Part shown: positions 54,745 through 63,416 of the stretch, piece after piece
How positions within the stretch are numbered: position 1 is the stretch's first letter
Layout of the letters: every line of letters begins with the position of its first letter
From: a virus
Lineage: Duplodnaviria; Heunggongvirae; Uroviricota; Caudoviricetes
DNA: 64,000 nucleotides
IMG/VR virus record: IMGVR_UViG_3300010373_001364
Span: 48,116 to 112,115 of that record
Direction: 5' to 3' (one strand)
Notes under the pieces: model-generated
The model's input: only the letters and a program-made list of their open reading frames with translations
The model's database searches: none
Told to the model about the DNA's origin: nothing
Program-made: the position numbers and the translations under genes

Positions 54745-55279
54745 CTACAGAAAGATTGTAGATGCAATTCACAACTACCAGTGGCTAGGTTATGAGTACC
54801 TTGAAGTCCCTTGGTTCATCTCCCGCCAGGCGATGCAGGTGACTGCGCCGCCTGACCGTCGTTTCTGCACCAGCTTTATTGGAGATTTGGTGGCTTCTGG
54901 TGAGCAATCCTTCATCCAAATGTGGATGGATGGCAAACTGAAGCCGGGTAAATGGCAGTGCGCCACTCCTTGTTTCCGTGATGAGCCGAACGTCGATGAG
55001 ACTCACCTGAACTATTTCTTTAAGGTGGAATTGATTGAGATCAGCCCTGCCGATGTGGAGAAGTCCATAGATCGGATGATCGATGATGCGTTGAAGTTCT
55101 TTAACTCCTACCTTGATAATTGGATGGTAGTCGATACTTCCATAGGTAAAGACATAGTTTCTGCCTGTGGTGTGGAACTTGGCTCTTACGGCTACCGGGA
55201 GCATGGTGACTTCAAGTGGGTCTATGGCACTGGCGTTGCCGAACCCCGCCTCTCCTATGTGGAGGCTAATGGGCTATGA
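54719..55279 (+). CDS. stand-alone class II aminoacyl-tRNA synthetase-like catalytic domain
   Basis: Motif-2-like TPCFRDE...HLNYFFKVEL; GVELGSYG; motif-3-like WVYGTGVAEPRL; no anticodon-binding domain (186 aa). Confidence 0.6.
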   Translation: MAQEKPGIDYRKIVDAIHNYQWLGYEYLEVPWFISRQAMQVTAPPDRRFCTSFIGDLVASGEQSFIQMWMDGKLKPGKWQCATPCFRDEPNVDETHLNYFFKVELIEISPADVEKSIDRMIDDALKFFNSYLDNWMVVDTSIGKDIVSACGVELGSYGYREHGDFKWVYGTGVAEPRLSYVEANGL

Positions 55280-55518
55280 TGACTCAAGAACAAAAGGAGT
55301 CGATCTTAGGTTTGAGCAAAAAGTTTCGAGTTGGTGCCTGGATCGCTTACCATGCCCTGTTGTTTTGGGAGTGGGATGTTGGATTAGCTGAAGATTTCAT
55401 GGTGGAGGATAACTTAGAGGAGTGTTTTTCCACCTTTGACTTCCCGCGATGGGCATTGCCCCCAAAGAAGGCTAGGGTTCTAGATGAGATTGATCCGCCA
55501 AATAGGAGAATAAGATGA
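55276..55518 (+). CDS. hypothetical protein
   Basis: ATGA overlap. Confidence 0.65.
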   Translation: MMTQEQKESILGLSKKFRVGAWIAYHALLFWEWDVGLAEDFMVEDNLEECFSTFDFPRWALPPKKARVLDEIDPPNRRIR

Positions 55519-55763
55519 CTCTGATAGGATATAGAAACCCGTACCGACATCCGCCGAACTGTCCACGTCACCCATTGCATAGTGAACCTTGTCCGATATG
55601 TGATGATGAGGACAGAGACTTCAATAAGCTGATGAAAGAACTTTTGGCGAGGAAAGATGCACTGGAAGTCAGACCTGAAGCTGGGGAAGATTCTCAAACC
55701 GAGAACGTACACCTACGGGACTCTGAAGGAGGCAGAGAAGGAGAACCTCCTCGACAAGGTTGA
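55515..55763 (+). CDS. hypothetical protein
   Basis: ATGA overlap and SD AGGAG; long overlap with the next gene lowers confidence. Confidence 0.45.
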   Translation: MTLIGYRNPYRHPPNCPRHPLHSEPCPICDDEDRDFNKLMKELLARKDALEVRPEAGEDSQTENVHLRDSEGGREGEPPRQG

Positions 55764-56790
55764 TTTCAAGGTTCACAAATACAACATCCGCCCACGTCCT
55801 AAGAACAAGAATCACGTTGTTGTGTTCTCCTGCTTTTCGGAGTTCGGTTCGGAATTGGTGGGGAGTTTGTATTGTATCCCAGGAATGCTTCAAAGTCAGT
55901 TTTTGGGGTACTATGTGGTTGTAATGGGGTGGCATGGTCGCGAGTATCTTTATCGGCATCTTGTGGATGAGTTCTGGGAGTTGAAACCAGAGTATCACTG
56001 GCTGCGTGAGTATTGTCGTGCTTATCACCATGCCTCTAGGAATCTCCGCAGGGTGGAGAAGGCAGTTGGTAGAAATTTAGGCAGAGTAATTGATGCCAAC
56101 TATTTTAGTGTCATCACCCTGCAACAGATTTATCCCAACATTGATGCGTTCAAAAAGATAGCTTGCTGGATACCAACGCCCGGTACAGAGGCTTACGCTG
56201 CGGTGGAAAAGTTCCTGAAACCAAACTCGGTTGGTGTCACTGCACGGTACAGGAAGTGCTATGGGAGGAATCTCCAGATTGATTTCTACAAGCGTCTTCT
56301 AGATATGTTACAGGAGATGGGTTACGATCCGGTTTGGATCGGAGAACCGGGCACCACCTATGAATGCCCCTACTCACACATCACCAACTTCCGAGACTCT
56401 GTGGAGGCGAGCGATCTAGAAAAGACGCTTGCTCTCGTTTCCAAGCTCCAATTCACCATCCAGTTTTGGACTGCTAGTACCCGCTTGGCGGGATTGATGG
56501 GTACGCCCTTCATCATCTTTGAATCACCCGACCAGATATACGGCATGGGTCATGAAGGATTGAGACTAAGACTTTGTACTCGCGGCAAGAAGAAGTTGGT
56601 TATTTCCCACTTCTATAACGTCTACAATGATAATGATGGCGGTTTGAGATTGGTAGAGAGAGCCATCTCCGAGATGCGCGAGAACAATTGGAATGACATC
56701 GTTGGTATGGTGGACGACCAACAGGTTGTCCAAGGTTTGCGTTCTGACAACTTGGTTCGTGTTTGTGGATTGTTAGAAAACGGGAGGTAG
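55657..56790 (+). CDS. GT-B glycosyltransferase-like protein (GT9/heptosyltransferase-like)
   Basis: VVVFSCFSEFGSEL; C-terminal LEKTLALVSKLQFTIQFWTASTRLAGLMGTPFI. Confidence 0.55.
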   Translation: MHWKSDLKLGKILKPRTYTYGTLKEAEKENLLDKVDFKVHKYNIRPRPKNKNHVVVFSCFSEFGSELVGSLYCIPGMLQSQFLGYYVVVMGWHGREYLYRHLVDEFWELKPEYHWLREYCRAYHHASRNLRRVEKAVGRNLGRVIDANYFSVITLQQIYPNIDAFKKIACWIPTPGTEAYAAVEKFLKPNSVGVTARYRKCYGRNLQIDFYKRLLDMLQEMGYDPVWIGEPGTTYECPYSHITNFRDSVEASDLEKTLALVSKLQFTIQFWTASTRLAGLMGTPFIIFESPDQIYGMGHEGLRLRLCTRGKKKLVISHFYNVYNDNDGGLRLVERAISEMRENNWNDIVGMVDDQQVVQGLRSDNLVRVCGLLENGR

Positions 56791-56792
56791 TC

Positions 56793-56909
56793 ATGAGCGA
56801 GTTTGGTAGCATGTACGCTGATATGTTCAAGCTGATGGGTTGCGGCTTTTTGGTGTTGCTCATCATTGTCCTCATCATGGGAATTGTTATTGGTTATGGT
56901 ATAAGGTAA
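56793..56909 (+). CDS. small membrane protein, 38 aa (not in ORF track)
   Basis: MSEFGSMYADMFKLMGCGFLVLLIIVLIMGIVIGYGIR; SD GGAGG. Confidence 0.55.
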   Translation: MSEFGSMYADMFKLMGCGFLVLLIIVLIMGIVIGYGIR

Positions 56910-56912
56910 GGT

Positions 56913-58058
56913 ATGGTTGAATTTCCAAATGTAGCAAACTTTGTCGCCAGAGCCGCATTAGAGTGCGGCTTTGAACGTGAAAGGTTTATTGATAACAAGT
57001 TGCCATCGGATTTCGACAAGATTGTTGTTATTCTGTTCCTTGGCGATATGCGGTCATTATCAATCTTGTCGATGTTGTTGCTTAAGCCGTTCCGTGATAC
57101 TATTCTGAAAGACAAGTATGTCATCTTCTGCTCGTTCCCCGGCATGGGTTGTTTATTCCCAGGAGCAGATGAGTATTGGTCAGTGTCCGATGGCTTGGCG
57201 ATCAACAGTCTAATGGCAGGTGCGCTAGGTTTTGGAAACACCGATAAGAAAGTTGATTCCTTGGGCATTCAACTTCGGAGGCGGTTCTACACTGTCCTCA
57301 CCCATGAAGATTTCCTTGCCTACTACAACAATGGTTTGACCACCGCCTTCTTTGAGAGGTTCAAGAAGGTGGAGAGATTTTTCCCGCAAATCCCACATTG
57401 GCGCGGCGGTGAGTTCGCGATGTCTTTGTCTCGGAAAGGCGGTAATGGCATCTTCATCTACCCTAACCTGGAAGGAAAGTGCTGGGGCAGAGGCAAGGAA
57501 GTGTCCTTGAAGTTGCCCAAGGATTTCTGGATAAAACTAACGGAGAGGTTGCTGGAGGAGAAATACCTTCCAGTAGTATATCAGAACCAGGCAAGTCACG
57601 ACATCTCGCCGCACTTTGGAGAGCGATGTTTTTATTGCACTGACAGGAACTTCTTGGCGGTGCTTTCTGCTATGCGTGCTACGGGTTGCGTACTCGATGT
57701 CTTCTCTGGTATATCTAGATTGGCGATTGTCGCAAGGTGTCCGTTCTTGGTGATGGATGAGAGACAGCGGTACATAAAGTCCAAGGAATTCGAGATCAAT
57801 GATCTTTGCATTACCGGGATGTATCCTTACCGCTACATATTCTCATTCCCAACTGTGATAGGCAGTGGCAATCACACTGAACTCATTGATCAGGTGATCA
57901 ATGTTGCGAAAGAGTTTACCCCAAGGGCGGTGAAGGCGGATTTGCCGCCCTTGTCAGAGTCCTGTGAAGAAGTGCCTTACGAAGTTGTGCGGCAGCACAA
58001 AGCGAAGAAACTAGGCATCCATTTCATTAAAGTGGAAAGGTTGGTGATTCCATCATGA
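56913..58058 (+). CDS. second GT-B/GT9-like protein
   Basis: VVILFLGDM; LSAMRATGCVLDVFSGISRLAIVARCPFLV. Confidence 0.5.
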   Translation: MVEFPNVANFVARAALECGFERERFIDNKLPSDFDKIVVILFLGDMRSLSILSMLLLKPFRDTILKDKYVIFCSFPGMGCLFPGADEYWSVSDGLAINSLMAGALGFGNTDKKVDSLGIQLRRRFYTVLTHEDFLAYYNNGLTTAFFERFKKVERFFPQIPHWRGGEFAMSLSRKGGNGIFIYPNLEGKCWGRGKEVSLKLPKDFWIKLTERLLEEKYLPVVYQNQASHDISPHFGERCFYCTDRNFLAVLSAMRATGCVLDVFSGISRLAIVARCPFLVMDERQRYIKSKEFEINDLCITGMYPYRYIFSFPTVIGSGNHTELIDQVINVAKEFTPRAVKADLPPLSESCEEVPYEVVRQHKAKKLGIHFIKVERLVIPS

Positions 58059-58360
58059 AGCACCGTCGAGATAATGGTTCCGGTAGGATTGCCCGCGTAA
58101 GGGTTTCCTTTGATATGCTTCCCAAGGGCGTTCAGCGCGCTGGGCGCGACAAGCAGCTTGATGTCATGAAGAAGATTTTCAAGCGTGCGTGCAACTCCTA
58201 TGGTATTTTTCATGAGATGAAGGAGCGTGAACACTACGTTAAGCCTGGGGAGAAGAAGCGTAAGGCAGAGCGCCTTAAGAAGGCTGCTGCTCGCGGCGAG
58301 ATCAAGGATCACAAGGATTACGACCGCGAACCAAGGTTCTTCGATGAATACGCCCAATGA
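58055..58360 (+). CDS. rpsU: ribosomal protein bS21 homolog
   Basis: LDVMKKIFKRACNSYGIFHEMKEREHYVKPGEKKRKAERLKKAAAR. Confidence 0.8.
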   Translation: MKHRRDNGSGRIARVRVSFDMLPKGVQRAGRDKQLDVMKKIFKRACNSYGIFHEMKEREHYVKPGEKKRKAERLKKAAARGEIKDHKDYDREPRFFDEYAQ

Positions 58361-58559
58361 AGATCAACTGAAAGAGGCGAACGTCATCATCCATGAGATG
58401 ATGTGGGCGCTTCATGCCCTCCCTTGCTCCAGCCGAGATTTCCTTGGCGAGGATCTCTGGTGTAGGATCAATCGTTATTTTTATGGGGTTGACGACCCCG
58501 ACGCTGAAGAGGAGGAAGATGTCGAAACCGAAGAAGAGTTTAGTGAACCTGAGTCTTGA
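58344..58559 (+). CDS. hypothetical protein
   Basis: Likely start MNTPNE; acidic tail. Confidence 0.6.
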   Translation: MNTPNEDQLKEANVIIHEMMWALHALPCSSRDFLGEDLWCRINRYFYGVDDPDAEEEEDVETEEEFSEPES

Positions 58560-58785
58560 TTCAGATTTCGTTGAGGTTCTCAAGGAGCAGTCGAAAGCTC
58601 GCGGCTTTGAGAAGTTGTCTGAGTATGTTCAGGATTGGTTGAAGAAGCTCAGCCTGGAGAAGAACAACGTCAAACGCATCATCTTGCAAGTGCCGGAAAC
58701 AGCCTTCGTGAACAAGCAAACGCTTGAGCGTTGGTTGACGAACCGCAATGCAGAGATCGTTGAACATTACTTCAAAGAGGATTGA
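58519..58785 (+). CDS. ribbon-helix-helix (CopG-like) DNA-binding protein
   Basis: SLVNLSLDSDFVEVLKEQSKARG..LSEYVQDWL; SD GAGGAGG. Confidence 0.6.
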   Translation: MSKPKKSLVNLSLDSDFVEVLKEQSKARGFEKLSEYVQDWLKKLSLEKNNVKRIILQVPETAFVNKQTLERWLTNRNAEIVEHYFKED

Positions 58786-58786
58786 T

Positions 58787-59068
58787 ATGCTGAGCAAGAA
58801 ACAGGCAGAAGACGTATGCCTAGTGTATGTAGGACACAAGACGTGCCGGTACATGATCTACGACCAGAAGACAGGAAAGCATCTTTGCTGTAAGAAGGTG
58901 CAAGGTCTTAAGGACGAGATCGATAACAGGGTGGACGAGTACACTGCCAAAGCAAAGAAGAACGGGCAAGACCTCGCCATGATGGGTAGACCAATAGGCG
59001 ACAACTGCCCAGGATATCTTTACCTCAAGAACACGTCGCAGGGTTACGACATACCAGGGAGCGCGTAA
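58787..59068 (+). CDS. Cys-rich hypothetical protein
   Basis: SD GAGG; CRY..CCK..NC. Confidence 0.65.
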   Translation: MLSKKQAEDVCLVYVGHKTCRYMIYDQKTGKHLCCKKVQGLKDEIDNRVDEYTAKAKKNGQDLAMMGRPIGDNCPGYLYLKNTSQGYDIPGSA

Positions 59069-59394
59069 TGTATAAATTGGTATTACCACTGTCCGCCCTT
59101 GCCTTGTTGTTGTGTCTTCTTCTCGGTTATAGCGTCAACAAGGTCGATAAAGCCATCAACGCGAAGATAGCGGAAGTTCAAGCTTTTCTTGACGAAAACA
59201 AGGGCGTTGTAAAAATCTCGTCGGCAGTGTGGACAAGGGACAAGGGCTGGGAATATAAAGTAAGTGGCTTTCTAGGCGGAAAAGAGTTCGTAGCCTTCCC
59301 CGCACCTAACACCAGCCCCAACCCAGGCGATTTCTGGAAAGGCAGAGCCAGCTACAACGGCGTCGTCCTGACTGAAAAAACTAAATGCCCTTGA
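59068..59394 (+). CDS. signal-anchored protein
   Basis: Hydrophobic N-terminus. Confidence 0.65.
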   Translation: MYKLVLPLSALALLLCLLLGYSVNKVDKAINAKIAEVQAFLDENKGVVKISSAVWTRDKGWEYKVSGFLGGKEFVAFPAPNTSPNPGDFWKGRASYNGVVLTEKTKCP

Positions 59395-59427
59395 GAGGGC
59401 GATTGACAAGGCTCCGGTCGGAGCTTA

Positions 59428-59943
59428 TCATGGGGTTTTAGACGGTTCTTCCGCAGGCGACTCTTCACCATCCTTGGGCTTTGTGCCAAGTTTCTTCTTT
59501 TGAATGAGGGAGTGTACCTTCTTCTCGACATCGGTGTATTCAGCAGCCTTGAGGACGTTGGACTCCAGAATTTCGTCTTGATGTCTAACGATCTGTTCTG
59601 CTAGAATCTCAGAAGTTTTCCTCTCGCCCTCTGCTGTCTTGTAGAAGTAGTACACTACAAGGAAAACCGTGATTGAACCAAACAACAAGAACAGCCCACC
59701 TTCACCCTGGAAGATTTCCACGCCGTTGTTGTTGTTTTCTTTGTTGATTAACGAGAGATGGTCAATCTCTGCCCGAATGGAGTTCTGATTGTTCTCTAGC
59801 TTCTGCACCCTGCCTTGAATGTCCTGTTGAAGGCGTGGGTTCAGATTGTCGTGCGGGTTCATATTATCCCGTGGCGATAAATTTCCACAGCCAGAAAGAA
59901 ACAGACAAGCCAGCAATCCAATACAAGCCAGTAACTTCTTCAT
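59428..59943 (-). CDS. lipoprotein with coiled coil and internal TM helix
   Basis: LFLSGC lipobox; TATATA 5 nt upstream. Confidence 0.7.
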   Translation of the reverse strand: MKKLLACIGLLACLFLSGCGNLSPRDNMNPHDNLNPRLQQDIQGRVQKLENNQNSIRAEIDHLSLINKENNNNGVEIFQGEGGLFLLFGSITVFLVVYYFYKTAEGERKTSEILAEQIVRHQDEILESNVLKAAEYTDVEKKVHSLIQKKKLGTKPKDGEESPAEEPSKTP

Positions 59944-60018
59944 GTGGTTATATATTGGACTGACGCTCGTCTTTTGCTATAAATAGGGACAGGATCAGAC
60001 TGAAAGGGTTCCGCTGCT

Positions 60019-60591
60019 ATGCCTCCTATTTTTGACGAAGACGAGGAAGGTCTTGACCAGTACATCCGTGGCGATGATGACATTGACACAAGCTACGACT
60101 TAAGTAAGTCGAAGCATGTGGATAAGATCCGCAGAGTTGCGGTCGAGTGCATGGATCACTTCTTCTGCGACAAGTGCTATTGGGCTGGTGGAAAGATTCC
60201 AAAAAGTAAGCTCTACAGGGAAGAACACATCCGGGTGGTCATGGAAATGAATGTCATGGATGCCTTTGCCCTGGCTTACTATTGTCTGGAACACAACCAG
60301 CCTGACACTACAAACACCAAGGAAAAGGGTTGGGAAGTGAGCCTCTGCTATGAGGCTCATGAGCAGTGCCGCAATCGCTGGATTCCTAAATGTCACCGTG
60401 GTGGCATCATCTTGGTTTATCTTTCGGTTTGTCATGGTGTTGATTTCCTGCCCACCCTCAAGAAGTTGGCTGAGATCAAGGCAATGATCGCCAAGCGCGA
60501 AAAGGAGGCGGAAATCAGGCTGCTCATGAAGGAACAAGAAAAGGACGACGAGAGCCAGTGTGTTAAACAGGAATGGGAGAGTCTATATTAG
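60019..60591 (+). CDS. hypothetical protein
   Basis: 190 aa ORF; ends TAG. Confidence 0.7.
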   Translation: MPPIFDEDEEGLDQYIRGDDDIDTSYDLSKSKHVDKIRRVAVECMDHFFCDKCYWAGGKIPKSKLYREEHIRVVMEMNVMDAFALAYYCLEHNQPDTTNTKEKGWEVSLCYEAHEQCRNRWIPKCHRGGIILVYLSVCHGVDFLPTLKKLAEIKAMIAKREKEAEIRLLMKEQEKDDESQCVKQEWESLY

Positions 60592-60594
60592 GTC

Positions 60595-60915
60595 ATGGAC
60601 CTAGATTTCGTTGCGGGTAATTTTTTACACGGCGACCTACCTCCCGGCAAGGAATACCTGCTGCATTACTTCAGGGGTGAAGCGGAGAAGGCTTTCCTGA
60701 GCTACTACTTCCTGTTTTCGCAACTGTATGTGGAAGGTCAGTTTATCACTTTCTACAACAACTTCTGTGATCACACAGGGATTTGCTGCTCTACTAGATG
60801 GGTGCGCAAACTGCTGGTGCGGGTCGTCAAGATCGAAGCGGCACTTGTCGTAGCCGACAAGAGTTTCGATCCGGTTCGCGTAGGTGAGATTAAATCTGGC
60901 AGCGCTTTATTTTGA
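60595..60915 (+). CDS. hypothetical protein
   Basis: In frame with the upstream ORF across TAG GTC ATG. Confidence 0.65.
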   Translation: MDLDFVAGNFLHGDLPPGKEYLLHYFRGEAEKAFLSYYFLFSQLYVEGQFITFYNNFCDHTGICCSTRWVRKLLVRVVKIEAALVVADKSFDPVRVGEIKSGSALF

Positions 60916-61446
60916 CTCAGGAAGCTCGAAAGCATCTCCCTTTGTTTCAAAGCCTTGCATGATGTAGGCACAGTCGTCTTCACGCTCAATGAGGATATTT
61001 CCTAGGCGAGCAGACAACGACACGAACTCGCAAATAGACACTTCTTGCGGCTCCTCTGACGAGTCGTTATCAGCCCTCTCCCTTGTTAGTCCATAAATAG
61101 CGCCTGTATCTGATGGGTGGTAGACGAAAGCTTTGCCATCTTCGCGGATAACTATTTTATGGCGGAAATCATCATCCTCGTTCAAGAATTTGTATCCCTC
61201 GTCTTCAAGGTCAGCGGTGTTGCCCTCATCGACTAGCTGGTAGACAAAGCACTTTTCGTCAGATTCAAAGTTGTGCGCCACCAAATAGAACTCGTCCATT
61301 TCCACGACTACCATTTCGGCATCGTCTGAGGAATAGACTCGTACTCTGGTCACGGTCAACTCCTCACCCTCAAAGAAGTCTATGACTTGATCATCAGTGA
61401 AGGTGATGGTATCTTCAGGTTGTAGGTTTTTGAGTTCTTCGATCAT
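60907..61446 (-). CDS. acidic hypothetical protein
   Basis: TAGATA 8 nt upstream. Confidence 0.7.
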   Translation of the reverse strand: MIEELKNLQPEDTITFTDDQVIDFFEGEELTVTRVRVYSSDDAEMVVVEMDEFYLVAHNFESDEKCFVYQLVDEGNTADLEDEGYKFLNEDDDFRHKIVIREDGKAFVYHPSDTGAIYGLTRERADNDSSEEPQEVSICEFVSLSARLGNILIEREDDCAYIMQGFETKGDAFELPESK

Positions 61447-61508
61447 GATCGCTTTATCTATAGTGAAGCGTATTGTTTTTTTACTTGATAACGGGTAAAG
61501 TGCAAGAA

Positions 61509-61766
61509 ATGAAACTCTGTCACAAAAATACCGACACCAGTCACCACGTCTTTTTAGGACATCCTCACCAAAGTGAGGTGTGTGGCGTTATCAAGAAGTT
61601 GGAAAAGGGATGGTGGGAATGGCAGGTGCGCCATCGCCGGGGGGCGTTTGATGTCCCTAACAGTCGCTATCGCCCAGCACTGATTCGTTACGGCTATGCG
61701 CGTCATCGAGAACAAGCACTCAGGAAAGTGATCGACTACATCGAATCAGGAGAATGGAATGGCTAA
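61509..61766 (+). CDS. hypothetical protein
   Basis: Co-oriented with downstream genes. Confidence 0.55.
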   Translation: MKLCHKNTDTSHHVFLGHPHQSEVCGVIKKLEKGWWEWQVRHRRGAFDVPNSRYRPALIRYGYARHREQALRKVIDYIESGEWNG

Positions 61767-62571
61767 CAAATATCCTCATGAAATTGCGGAACACACCCCG
61801 CCTATGGGTAAGGAAGAGTACGAGAAGAAACTGCAACAGAAAAGGACGTATGAGAAGATGCAGGAAGTTAAGATGATGCAAGAAGCCAAAGAGCAGGAGG
61901 CTAAAACCTATTCCAATTTAGGGATGGGCATGGTTTCAAAATTTGCCTCCAAGAAAGAGTTGAAGAGGTCAGCCGTGGGCAATAGTCGATGTAAGACGCC
62001 TCCGGTTGAAGAGGACACCTATCCCGAAACCTATGCCTGCGAGGGCGAGGATTTGGCAATTGATGGAGAAGCGGCACCTATTGCCTCACTGAACAATAGT
62101 GGCAGCTTCACCGATAAACCCAAGTTCCAACTCAAAGACCGTCCGATTATGGCTGACACCACCCCTACTTTACCAGCCTTGCCGGAAGATATTGATCTCT
62201 TGAGAAAAGAGGTTTGCTTTGAGCGCGTGAATGAGAAGATATGTGTTGTCATGGTGGCTATTGACCGTAAACACCACGATAAGAACAAGATCGAATCCAT
62301 CAAGGCAAACGGAGATCCTTTGGGTGGCTATGCCTATACTGCTGAGAGTGATAACTATTTGATCAATTGTTGTGGATTTGCCCATCTGGGTATTGTGCCT
62401 ATGGCGTTCAGGCTGTCGGTGCCCGGCTGTGCCGGAAAGCAGTTGTTGCCTCTCACCGAGTCCCTGGTTCAAAAGCACGCATCACCGCCCCAGAGGAAGA
62501 TGATAAGGCACTTTAAGGAGAAGTATCCTGAGTGTGATGTTCACTTTGTTCAGTCGTTGAGCAGGAGTTAG
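61759..62571 (+). CDS. hypothetical protein
   Basis: SD AGGAG; 270 aa. Confidence 0.7.
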   Translation: MANKYPHEIAEHTPPMGKEEYEKKLQQKRTYEKMQEVKMMQEAKEQEAKTYSNLGMGMVSKFASKKELKRSAVGNSRCKTPPVEEDTYPETYACEGEDLAIDGEAAPIASLNNSGSFTDKPKFQLKDRPIMADTTPTLPALPEDIDLLRKEVCFERVNEKICVVMVAIDRKHHDKNKIESIKANGDPLGGYAYTAESDNYLINCCGFAHLGIVPMAFRLSVPGCAGKQLLPLTESLVQKHASPPQRKMIRHFKEKYPECDVHFVQSLSRS

Positions 62572-62572
62572 G

Positions 62573-63097
62573 ATGGCTGTGAAGAAGTCGCCGCCTAGAG
62601 TTGTTCCTTCTTGGGACGATTACTACATGGCTCTGACCTACATCATCGCGTCCCGGTCGAAAGACCCCTCGACCCAGGTGGGGGCAGTGATTGTCGATGG
62701 GACCAATCGCCCCTTGGGGATCGGTTACAACGGTGCGCCACAGGGTATCGCCGACAAGGAGATTAACTGGAAGCGCCCCGACAAGTACATCTACATCGAC
62801 CACGCCGAGATTAACGCGATGGATCATGCATCCCACGGAGTACATTCCCTCCAAGGCAGCACCATCTACGTCAGCGCAATGCCTTGCCCTAGTTGTATGC
62901 GGCGAATTGTTGCGAAGCGGTTGAAGAGAGTGGTCTATGGAAAAACAGCCGTCAACATGCTGGCAGAAGACGTAATAGCTCAGACTCGCGAGATGGCGAG
63001 ATTGGGCAATATCCAATTCGAGCCGCATCGGGGCAACATTAACTGGCTCAGGGACCGTTTGGATTGGATTGAATCCAACATACCAGAAGCGTTTTAG
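62573..63097 (+). CDS. dCMP deaminase
   Basis: RSKDPSTQVGA, GYNG, HAEIN, PCPSC. Confidence 0.92.
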   Translation: MAVKKSPPRVVPSWDDYYMALTYIIASRSKDPSTQVGAVIVDGTNRPLGIGYNGAPQGIADKEINWKRPDKYIYIDHAEINAMDHASHGVHSLQGSTIYVSAMPCPSCMRRIVAKRLKRVVYGKTAVNMLAEDVIAQTREMARLGNIQFEPHRGNINWLRDRLDWIESNIPEAF

Positions 63098-63309
63098 GAC
63101 GCAACTTCATTCTCATCCATGCCGTTGAGGAGGTCACAGAACTCCTTGAGGGTCATGGTTTTTAGAAAGAAATCCTTGGGGAAGGTTTCAAATTCCCATA
63201 CTCCGGGGAAAAAGAAATGCCCTTTTGGTGCAAAATACTGGCGCACGATGTCGCCTTTGTTGTCTTTGAGGTAAGCAACCTCAAGTTGTGCAATTAGATG
63301 GAACTTCAT
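63094..63309 (-). CDS. small hypothetical protein
   Basis: TATATA 5 nt upstream of ATG. Confidence 0.6.
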   Translation of the reverse strand: MKFHLIAQLEVAYLKDNKGDIVRQYFAPKGHFFFPGVWEFETFPKDFFLKTMTLKEFCDLLNGMDENEVAS

Positions 63310-63416
63310 AGTGATATATAATGGAGTTATGATGCTTCAAGAGGTGTGAAGTTATCTAGTCCGCACACATCAGTTTTCCATTTCTGGGTTTTGGGGTAGC
63401 GCGAATAGATACCTGC

